Positions 1 to 9,100 of a stretch of 64,000 nt of DNA are shown here, in pieces. The stretch covers positions 544,001 to 608,000 of the forward strand of contig CAXXFV010000016.1 of the NCBI GenBank assembly GCA_963674595.2, read 5' to 3'. The notes under the pieces are model-generated. The model was not told where the DNA came from and ran no database searches. It saw only the letters and a program-made list of their open reading frames with translations. The number at the start of each line of letters is the position of its first letter. Positions within the stretch are counted from its first letter, which is position 1. A program made the translations under genes and the position numbers. The DNA comes from a bacterium (GTDB taxonomy: Bacteria > Zhuqueibacterota > Zhuqueibacteria > Residuimicrobiales > Krinioviventaceae).

Positions 1-902
1 GTTAATTCAGTGCAGGCCGCATAACCACAATCGATACAAACCTCATCAGATGCCCGACAGCAGACCGACTCGCCGTCCACGTCCAGAACCGAGGCAATCG
101 GCATACGCCTCGGCCAGTTGCCGGTTTTTAATGCAAGCAGACCTGCCCGTGAATTTATAACAGGCAATCTCTTTTTAATACAAGTCAAAAGCCGGTCAAT
201 GATCGGGGCGCGTTCCTGCGCCGTCAGGAACAATTCGTCCCGCCCATAATAAGGTGTATGAAAGTAAAACATAACGCCGGTAACAGGGAATTTTGTTTCC
301 TATACCCAGCGAAGAAATGGTTCAATACCCTTTTCCGTGTTGCGGTCGATGACATAAATAACGGCAATTTTCGAATGCCGGCTTTCACGGACAATTCGTT
401 CCACTTTATAAAAATGATCACCGCGCCGTTTTTCAAAAACACTCGGCAGTCCGTCCATGCTCACCCATACAAGATCAGCCGATGTTTCAATGCCCAGTGT
501 GCCATTCGTATAAACATGAACATGAAAAAAGCCCATTCGTTTTGCTTCGAAAATGGCATCTTTAAGTTTGTGCTTTCCATCGCGCCATAACATGGGTTCT
601 CCGCCGCTGAAATAAAGTTCACGAAATCCGCGTTTTCGGGCGTTTTGCATGGCGACTGTTAACTGTTCCCAGGTCATGTCCGGACGGCCTGTGTTGGCAA
701 TGTGACAACCTTTGCATAAAAGGTTACAACGGTCTGTCAGGACAATGCCATATATGAGAGGCTCCCAATGCCGCAGAATAATAAAACGCCATGAATAACA
801 GGCATAGAAGAAAAGCCTGTTCCACAAGTCCCTTTCAGGTTTTTGGAGGTTTCTGAAAAAAGTATTACTAATTGAGGTTTTTGTATCTTTTATTTCAGAC
901 AT
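1..902 (-). pseudogene. Radical SAM protein interrupted by one in-frame TAG (300-302); 3' end runs off the window
   Basis: CxxxCxxC (CNLLCKGC), FSGGEP and YTNG motifs. After the TAG the same frame stays open to base 3 (ETKFPVTGVMFYFHTPYYG...VCCRASDEVCIDCGYAACTEL), giving a Cys-rich C-terminal domain typical of radical SAM enzymes. Confidence 0.75.
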
Positions 903-1205
903 TAATTAGCTTTCGGGAAAATGTTCAGGTTGAGCTAATGTTGATCTGCATAAAACTGAGGACAAACGGGTGGCTTGAAATATAACTATTTCAGGCTCAA
1001 TTTGATAGGACACAGCCTCTTTCTTCAGCTTAAACACTCTAGTGTGCAGCATTATTCTATCTCATTTTTTTAATTTTTGTGATGGAAAGAACGGCAGTAC
1101 CATATAGAACAGAAATGACAGCATTCGATGTTTTATCCCTTTTAAAACATTATCGTAGAATTATTCATTGGTGCGTTTTGAAAAAGTATATCCAACCCAC
1201 CCATA

Positions 1206-2031
1206 TTATTGTTGATTTATCACGTATTCTTTAAAGGCTTTAATAGAGTCATCAAATTCAAGTCCGTAGGTGTTTTTAAAAGGCTTTGTCCGGATTGCAG
1301 GTTTTGATAATCGTTTTGACGTACTTTATAAATTTATCCCTGCCGTATTGGTCAATAAGGTAATCCACTATACAGGCATACTCGGAATAAATAAAACCGA
1401 TTCTGTATTTTATATCAAGTTTGGTTTGTTTTTCCCTTTTTGTATGAAAATCCTGCGGTCGTATAAAGTTGCCGTTAAGGATATATTGATAGGTTTCCTC
1501 TTTTGAAGGGTAGAAGGTGGTCCCCATTTGGTTGGCGGAATACATTGCAGTGCCTTCGTGAAGCCATTTGGGAAATTTTGCGGCTTTGAATAATCCGATT
1601 TGTTGATGTATGAGTGAATGGGTCAGCTCATGTGTGAGATAAATTTTTAAAGAAATTTCACCGCGCTTTGCTTCTTCCAGTGACCAGGGAGCAATTATAA
1701 CGTCGCCGTTATAAAGCGAACAAAATCTGGCTTTTGTTAAGGATCGCTGATAAAAGTTTTCGGCGTCTTTGAATATAAATATTCTCGGTTTGCTTTTAAA
1801 TTTCATATCGAGGAATTTTTCAATAGGGGGGAACAGAGCGTCTATCATGGCAAAATCTGTAAATTCCGCTCCGTTTTGAATATATATAACCGCCTGCTCT
1901 GTTTCGGTTGGTGAAAATCCGATAATAACAGGCGAATAGGGGAACAATTTACCGAATAAAAAGCTGTAAATAACAAAAATAACAATCAGAACAACGACTG
2001 TTAAAATAGAATATTTAATAGGTTTATTCAT
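1206..2031 (-). CDS. HEXXH zinc metallopeptidase (peptidase MA-like), N-terminal membrane anchor, apparent +1 frameshift near the C-terminus
   Basis: HELTH and downstream WLHEGTAMY motifs. ORF stops at 1276 in TTT TAA AAA; removing one T gives the family-like tail KNTYGLEFDDSIKAFKEYVINQQ* ending at 1206. Confidence 0.7.
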
Positions 2032-2203
2032 TGTTTTAATTCTTTCAGATCGTGGTGATGTTTTCTGTGCTGTTCGCTTTTTTTATCTGATATTTATATA
2101 ATACGTTTTCCTTTGAAAAAGTTTCGAGAGTAATACATTCAGGTATTGACGGTAATATGTGATACGTCTGAATATATTGTTTTCGTTTGATCGAATTATC
2201 TTT

Positions 2204-3175
2204 TCATGCCCAGTCTAAAATTGAATATATCAAAAACAAGCAAAATAGCGCAAAAAGAGCAGCACAAACAGATGCAATATACATAATACTCACAGCATTT
2301 TTAATATCTGCTGGTTCAATATTTTTAAAGTTGTCGCCCAGTAAAGGTTTTTTTGAAATTTTACCTTTATGAAAATTCGTTCCTCCTAATTGAATATTTA
2401 AAGCGCCGGCCATTGCCGCTTCCCCGTGTGCCGCATTCGGGCTTGGATGTTTTAATCGATCTCTTTTGCATATTGAAAAAGAACCGGCAACATTAAAGCC
2501 TCTCAGGAAAGCAGCAAAAGGTATTAAAATAAATCCTGTAATTCGGGCGGGAACAAAACCAAGTATATCATCAAAACGTGCGGCTGTTTTTCCGAAAAAT
2601 TCATATTTTTTATTTTTGTAGCCTATCATGGAATCCAGTGTACTGACCGTTTTATAAAGCATAGCGGCTACAGGTCCACCCAGAACCAGATAAAACATCG
2701 GCGCAATAATGCCGTCTGAAAGATTTTCAGCAACGCTCTCTATGGCAGCTCGCGATACATTTTCAGGTGAAAGGTTTTCCGTGTCCCTGCTGACTATCAT
2801 ACTGACGGCTTTGCGCGCATTGGCAATGTCATTCTGATCCAGATATTTTTTTACTTTTAATGTTTCAAATGCGAGGGACTTTGTGGCAAGACAATAAAAA
2901 CCTGTAATGATTTCAACAAGAGTATAAAGTATAAAGGACAATTTCCCTGTTATAAATAACAGTAACCAGACAGATAGTGAAGAGGTCAATATAACAATAA
3001 AGGTTAAAAGAGAACCATGAATAAATTTTATCTTGTTTGAGGAATTTTGCGGATAAAATATTTTTTCTAAAAAACGAACCAATCTGCCTATCATTCGAAT
3101 TGGATGCGGCAGCCAACGAGGGTCCCCAAGTAATATATCCAGAATATAGGTAATTATAAAACTAGATGGGTTCAT
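2204..3175 (-). CDS. cbiB: Adenosylcobinamide-phosphate synthase CbiB/CobD
   Basis: GDPRWLPHP, IVSRDT, ESVAENLSDG, TLDSMIGYK and HPSPNA motifs; multi-TM 323 aa. Confidence 0.95.
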   Translation of the reverse strand: MNPSSFIITYILDILLGDPRWLPHPIRMIGRLVRFLEKIFYPQNSSNKIKFIHGSLLTFIVILTSSLSVWLLLFITGKLSFILYTLVEIITGFYCLATKSLAFETLKVKKYLDQNDIANARKAVSMIVSRDTENLSPENVSRAAIESVAENLSDGIIAPMFYLVLGGPVAAMLYKTVSTLDSMIGYKNKKYEFFGKTAARFDDILGFVPARITGFILIPFAAFLRGFNVAGSFSICKRDRLKHPSPNAAHGEAAMAGALNIQLGGTNFHKGKISKKPLLGDNFKNIEPADIKNAVSIMYIASVCAALFALFCLFLIYSILDWA

Positions 3176-3267
3176 TTTTATTCTCTGTTAATAAGATGTG
3201 TATGTATGATATCAACTCTATTTAATATAATGCTTTGGAATGTATTATTTTTCGGAACCCGAAAACA

Positions 3268-3325
3268 CCGGGGACAATCCCCTTTGATTTTCTGTTACCG
3301 GTCCAGACGTTGGGGCCTGTCCCGG
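3268..3325. repeat. Imperfect inverted repeat CCGGGGACAATCCCC ... GGGGCCTGTCCCGG
   Basis: Arms at 3268-3282 and 3312-3325 are near-complementary GC-rich islands in AT-rich DNA. Confidence 0.55.
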
Positions 3326-3343
3326 CATATTTTATGATATTAG

Positions 3344-3941
3344 GACAATCAAAACAAGTGTTTTTTTATTAAAGGATTGGGTGAATAATCCGTTTTATTA
3401 CATACCATGATTGCCCAATGTGAACAAACCGTAGGGGCAATCCCCCGTGATTGCCCAAAGTAAACAGATCGCAGGGGCAATCCCCCGTGATTGCCCAAAT
3501 TGAACAGATCGCAGGGGCAATTCATTGTGATTACCGTTACCAGGACAGACACAGGGGTCTGTCCCTACGGTTTTTGGGGACAATTTGACAATCAAAATAA
3601 GTGTTTTTTTATTAAAGGGTTGGGTGGATACAACGTTTTATTACATATCATGATTGCCCTTTGTGAACAGATGGTAGGGGCAATCCCCCGTGATTGCCCA
3701 AATTGAACAGATCGCAGGGGCAATTCATTGTGATTACCGTTACCAGGACAGACACAGGGGTCTGTCCCTACGGTTTTTGGGGACAATTTGACAATCAAAA
3801 TAAGTGTTTTTTATTAAAGGGTTGGGTGGATACAACGTTTTATTACATACCATGATTGCCCTTTGTGAATAGATGGTAGGGGCAATCCCCCGTGATTGCC
3901 CAAAGTAAACAAACCGTAGGGGCAATCCCCCATGATTGCCC
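3344..3941. repeat. Nested tandem array of REP-like palindromes (BIME/REPIN-like)
   Basis: Higher-order units start at 3344, 3587 and 3790 (periods 243 and 203 bp). REP-A G(T/C)AG-GGGCAATC-CCCCRT-GATTGCCC lies at 3431, 3471, 3674, 3876 and 3916, with degenerate copies at 3511 and 3714, on a 40-bp sub-period. REP-B GTAG-GGACAGAC-CCCTGT-GTCTGTCC lies on the minus strand at 3543-3568 and 3746-3771. Confidence 0.92.
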
Positions 3942-4168
3942 GTTACGAACTGCAAACATTGAAAAAAATAAACTTTTTGCAATATACTATTGCCTTTTTG
4001 ATAAAAATTGTTTGATTACAGGTATGGATAGATGACAAGGTATTGTTTTCTCCCCCCTCCAGGCTTTGACTGGTATTCCCACCGAACAACATAATACCCT
4101 TGCCGTGCTGAATCTCTAATATCATATACACCGCCAGGTGTAAATAACGATAATCAGAGAGGTGCAAA

Positions 4169-6103
4169 ATGGACAACAAGACTTTAAAAAATCTGTTCAT
4201 CACATCGCTGGTGTTTTTTACCATGTTATCTTCTGCTTTTGCCGCTGACCGGCTTTCCGGCCGCGTTTACGAGGGCGACACGGGCGTAGAACCTCCCACA
4301 TCAACAGCTTTGGCAAATGTAACGGTTACGCTTTATGCTTCCAACAACAGTACCCAGCTTGGGTCACAAATTGACATCACCACCACCAACAGTGAGGGAT
4401 GGTACGGACTCGATGCTGATGAGGGGTACGAATATTATACCATTGTTGAAACAGATCCTTCCACGCACTATTCGGCAGGGGCGACTTCGGTTGGCGGAAC
4501 GGTCGTAACCAGCAATCGAATCCGTTACAGTGTTGCAGCAGCGCCGTTGTCACAGCAAACACTCACCGGCAACAAGTTTTGGGACAAACCAACCGCCCCG
4601 GCAAACACAAACCCTGTTGCTGATGCCGACGGTCCTTATTCCGGCATGACAGGGCACTCGATTACGTTGGATGGTTCCGGTAGTTACGATCCGGATTCCG
4701 GTGACAGCATTGCCGGCTATGAATGGGACCTGGATCATGACGGACAGTACGATGATGCGACCGGGGTCAGCCCATCACATACCTGGTATTCGGCCGGTAC
4801 TTTTTATATTGAACTCAAAGTAACGGATACTCATGGCGCATCCGATACGGACAGCACGATTGTAACAATTTCTCAGGAACCGCGCGAATGCGAGGCGAAT
4901 TTTTCCGCATCACTCCTTTCCGGGTGTGCGCCGTTGACCGTTAATTTTTCAGATGCGTCCACCAATGCTGTTTTCTGGGAGTGGACTTTTCCGGGCGCAA
5001 GTCCGGGTTCAAGCACACAAGAAAATCCGATTATTACCTATTCGACTCCCGGTGATTATAGCGTAAAACTAAAAATTATCTGTGAAGGAGGGTATGTTGA
5101 CTCGGTCATTGTTTTGAATTACATCCATGTGCAGCAATGTGAAGAAGAAATCGATTTTGGCGACGCACCGGATTATTATCCCACCTTGCTTAGTGATGAC
5201 GGTGCCCGGCACCTGATTGATCCTGACCTGTTTTTAGGCAGCAAAATTGATCCCGAATCTGATGGTCAGCCGGACGGCGCCGCTATGGGTGATGACAATG
5301 ACGGGAATGATGATGAGGACGGTGTTAACTTTGTGTCACCCTTTGTCACCGGTGCAACGGCAAATCTGGATGTGACCGCATCGGCAAGTGCTGTATTAAA
5401 CGTATGGATTGACTATAATCAAAACGGCAGTTGGGCTGAAGCCGACGAACATGTCTTTATAGACAAGGCGGTTACACCAGGACTCAATAATCTCACCGTA
5501 AATGTTCCGGCAAATGCTGTTACCGGCGAAACCTTTGCCCGTTTTCGATTGACCTGGGAGGCCGGTATGGGTTATGATGGTTCTGCTGAAAATGGTGAAG
5601 TGGAAGATTATTTGATTCAAATTGAACCGGGAGAAAATGATAATTCCGTCGGGGACAGGGTTTGGGAAGATTTAAACCACAACGGACTTCAGGATGAAGG
5701 AGAACCGGGACTGGACAGCATTTATGTATCACTGCTTGACCAAAATGGAAATTATCTGGCATCTACAGTGTCCAATTTGAGTGGCTTTTACATGTTTTCC
5801 AATTTAACCCCGGGCAGTTTTTATTTTCGATTTTCTACGCGATACGGGTATGTATACAGCCCGGCTGATCAGGGAACAGACGACGCTATTGATAGCGACG
5901 CGAATACCGCTACAGGTGAAACGCCGGTTTTTAGCATAGCGGTTGGTGAGAATATTGCCAATATGGATTGCGGTTTATACCGTGAGGCGGGTACGGACGA
6001 GTACGATTTTGGCGACGCACCTGACCCGACGTTCCCAACATTGCTGGCAAACGACGGGGCCAGACATGTGATCCATGAAAATGTTATATGGGAGCCGGTA
6101 TAG
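4169..6103 (+). CDS. N-terminal part of a giant secreted GEVED-repeat protein (signal peptide, two PKD domains, GEVED, SdrD B-like); frameshifted into the next ORF
   Basis: Signal peptide ending SAFA; PKD motifs (PVADADGPY, YEWDLD, WEWTFPG); DFGDAP...GEVEDY; SdrD-like VGDRVWEDLNHNGLQDEGEPG. Ends mid-repeat at GARHVIHENV. RBS GAGAGGTG. Confidence 0.85.
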   Translation: MDNKTLKNLFITSLVFFTMLSSAFAADRLSGRVYEGDTGVEPPTSTALANVTVTLYASNNSTQLGSQIDITTTNSEGWYGLDADEGYEYYTIVETDPSTHYSAGATSVGGTVVTSNRIRYSVAAAPLSQQTLTGNKFWDKPTAPANTNPVADADGPYSGMTGHSITLDGSGSYDPDSGDSIAGYEWDLDHDGQYDDATGVSPSHTWYSAGTFYIELKVTDTHGASDTDSTIVTISQEPRECEANFSASLLSGCAPLTVNFSDASTNAVFWEWTFPGASPGSSTQENPIITYSTPGDYSVKLKIICEGGYVDSVIVLNYIHVQQCEEEIDFGDAPDYYPTLLSDDGARHLIDPDLFLGSKIDPESDGQPDGAAMGDDNDGNDDEDGVNFVSPFVTGATANLDVTASASAVLNVWIDYNQNGSWAEADEHVFIDKAVTPGLNNLTVNVPANAVTGETFARFRLTWEAGMGYDGSAENGEVEDYLIQIEPGENDNSVGDRVWEDLNHNGLQDEGEPGLDSIYVSLLDQNGNYLASTVSNLSGFYMFSNLTPGSFYFRFSTRYGYVYSPADQGTDDAIDSDANTATGETPVFSIAVGENIANMDCGLYREAGTDEYDFGDAPDPTFPTLLANDGARHVIHENVIWEPV

Positions 6104-9100
6104 ACGGTGAGCCGGATGGTCAGCCGACAGCCGATTCTCAGGGTGATGATTCGGACGGTAGTGACGATGAAGATGGTATCGTATTTCTGAACGATTTTGT
6201 TCCGGGTAATTGGGCAAGTTTTACTGCCACCGTTTCTGTTAAAGGAAATTTAGGAGGGTGGCTGGATTTTAACGGAAACGGCAACTGGACTGATGCAGGC
6301 GAGTCTGTTTTTATAAATGACACAACTGTTTTTGCCGGAGCCAATACATGGTCAGTCAAAGTTCCACAGAACGCTGTTATCGGAAATATCATAACGCGAT
6401 TTCGATTCAGCACACATCACGGCCAGACTTTTGATGGTGAATGGCCGGACGGTGAGGTGGAAGATTATTCAGTGGAAATAAAGGAAAGTTCCGACCTTGG
6501 AACGATTACTATTATCAAAAAAGCCTATCCGGCTGATAATACACCGTTTCCTTTCAACAGTGATTTCGGACCTTTTACTTTAAAAGACCCGGCTGCGCCT
6601 TCAGTTACCTTTGCCGGAGTTAAACCCGGCACCTATAATTTTAAAGAGAATATCCCGATGGGTTGGCCGGTTATTGCGATTAATGCTCAGGACCCGAATG
6701 GCGGATCGTCTGTGGACGCTACAAACGCTTCGGCAAGTATCGTGATGGACGGGAACGAACATATTATTGTTACATTTACCAATTATCAGGGTGATTTGGA
6801 TAATCTGGATTTTGGTGACGCACCGGACCCGACATATCCGACTTTGATGGCTAATAATGGCGCCTGTCATGCGATAAAACCGGGCTTTTATCTGGGCTCG
6901 GGAATTGATCCGGAACAGGACGGCCAGCCTTCAGCTTTGGCGGACGGAGACAATGTAAACGGCGTGAATGATGAACATGGTGTGATTATGTCACCGTTCA
7001 TCGCGCCGGGGCAATCCGTGCCGGTAACAGTTGTTGCTTCTGATACGGGCGTGATAAATGCCTGGTTTGATTTTAATATTAATGGGAACTGGGGTGATCC
7101 CGGTGAGCATGTTATTGCCGCGCAGCCGGTATGGCCGGGTGCTAATCTGTTTACATTTAATGTTCCTTCTGGAGCTGTTCACGGCTTGGCGTTTGCACGA
7201 TTTCGTTTAAGCTCTTCCCGTCAGATAAGCTATGATGGATTCGCTCTTGACGGTGAAGTGGAGGACTATGCCGTCGAAATTGTTGAACAAGGTGATGACG
7301 GATCGCTTGTTGTTTATAAGGATGCAAATCCAAAAGACAACACGCCTTTTATGATATGTATGCAGATGACGAATTCATTTTTTAATATTTTGTGTACACC
7401 TTTGATGGACCCGTTAAATAATAAAATGACAGTGTTGAATCCTGTAAATATTCAAAACATTTCCGAAGCTACTATTCCGGGGTGGACGTTAAAAGACATT
7501 CAAATAACCGGTGATACGGACAACGGATCAACAATTGATGTGACGGCAGGCCGGGTTGATCTGGATTATGATCCGGGTGAGAATATTGTAATTACATTTA
7601 AAAATGCAATATCAGAAGACGAACAATCCTATGATCTGGGTGACGCGCCGGATGGCACTAATCACGATGGTTTAACAATGAATGCTTATTCCGGTGTGCC
7701 GGCCCGGTTTCCAACCGTGTTTGATCCGGCAACAGGTACGCCGCAGGGTCCGAGACATACCAATCCCAAAGCTGATGCGTGGCTCGGTGCTGATGTGTCC
7801 GGAGAATTGGAAGCTGATCTTTTACCGGATAGTGATGGTCTGAGCAATCTTGATCCGCCAAATGATGCGGCTGACCGTGACCGGTATGATGATGGCGTTA
7901 ATATACCTTTTGCCTTACCCCCATGTCAGGATGTCTATTTTGTTTACAAGCTGACCATACCGCCGGGTACGGTAGGTAAAGACAGATATGTAAATGCCTG
8001 GTTTGACTGGAACCGTGACGGGGACTGGGAAGATGTTTTTACCTGCGAAACACAGTATGACGCACCGGAATGGGCCGTTCAAAATCAGTTGATTCCGGGA
8101 GGATTTCCGCCAGGCACCTATCTTTTTGCCACACCATTATTCAAATCCTATCATCCCCAGGGCAAAGAGAATGATCCTATTTGGATGCGGATTACCATAT
8201 CGGAACAAGCAACCGGTTTTGGTGGCGGCAGTATCGGTGAAGGTCCGGCCAACTGTTATCTCTATGGCGAGACCGAAGATTATTATTTTGTACCGCAGGA
8301 TACGACGGACGATGCACAATTTGATTTTGGTGACGCACCGGATCCCGGTTATCCGACATTGCTGGCAAACAATGGCGCGCGTCATGTTATTATTCCCAAT
8401 TTTTATCTGGGAAACGGCATAGATTCGGAAAGCGATGGGCAGCCCTTTTCCATGGCAGATGGCGATGATAAAAATACCGTTTATTCGGGATTACCCTATC
8501 CTCCGGGAGACGAAGATGGTGTACAAATTCCACCGATAATTACAAAAGGCGGGACTGTCTCTGTTAAAGTCCTGGCTTCTGCACCCGGTGTTTTAAACGC
8601 CTGGCTTGATTTTAACATAAACAATAGCTGGGCAGATGCCGGAGAACATATTATTGCAGCACAGCCGGTTATTGCCGGTATGAATTCATTTTCCTTTAGC
8701 GTCCCCTCAACGGCGCAAACGGGACAGTCATTCGCGCGTTTCCGCCTAAGCTCTGTACGGAATATCAGCTATAATGGAATAGCGCCGGATGGTGAAGTGG
8801 AAGATTATGCTGTCGCTATTCAAGGAGGGGACGGTGGTAATATAACCATTATTAAAGATGCAAATCCAAAGGACAATACCCCGTTCTGGATTTCTGTTGT
8901 TTATGGTGTCAGCGGCGGGGCGGCCCCTTACCGTGATCCCATTATGAATACGGCAACCATAACCAATGGCCCTGTTGGAACCTATAATATGGGTGAAAGC
9001 GTACCGACCGGGTGGGTCCTTGACGATATTGTGGTGACCGGAGATGCCGACAATGGATCGAGCATTGATCTGGGAAATGCTCTGGTGGACGTCGATTTGG

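Noticed and set aside
3344-3941. CRISPR array
   Set aside because: The 14-nt spacers between 26-nt repeats are near-identical rather than unique, whole blocks are duplicated, no cas genes are present, and the repeats match the RAYT-linked REPs.
3349-3982. Short ORFs in the repeat array (MIVKLSPKTVGTDPCVCP... and others)
   Set aside because: They are translations of repeated palindromes in several frames and on both strands, with no independent coding evidence.
4045-4100. Cobalamin riboswitch upstream of cbiB (minus strand GGGAATACCAGTCAAAGCCTGG)
   Set aside because: Only a GGGAA plus short stem resemblance; the downstream CCCGC/ACTGT core and B12 box are not seen, and it is about 870 bp from cbiB. 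An Rfam scan would settle it.
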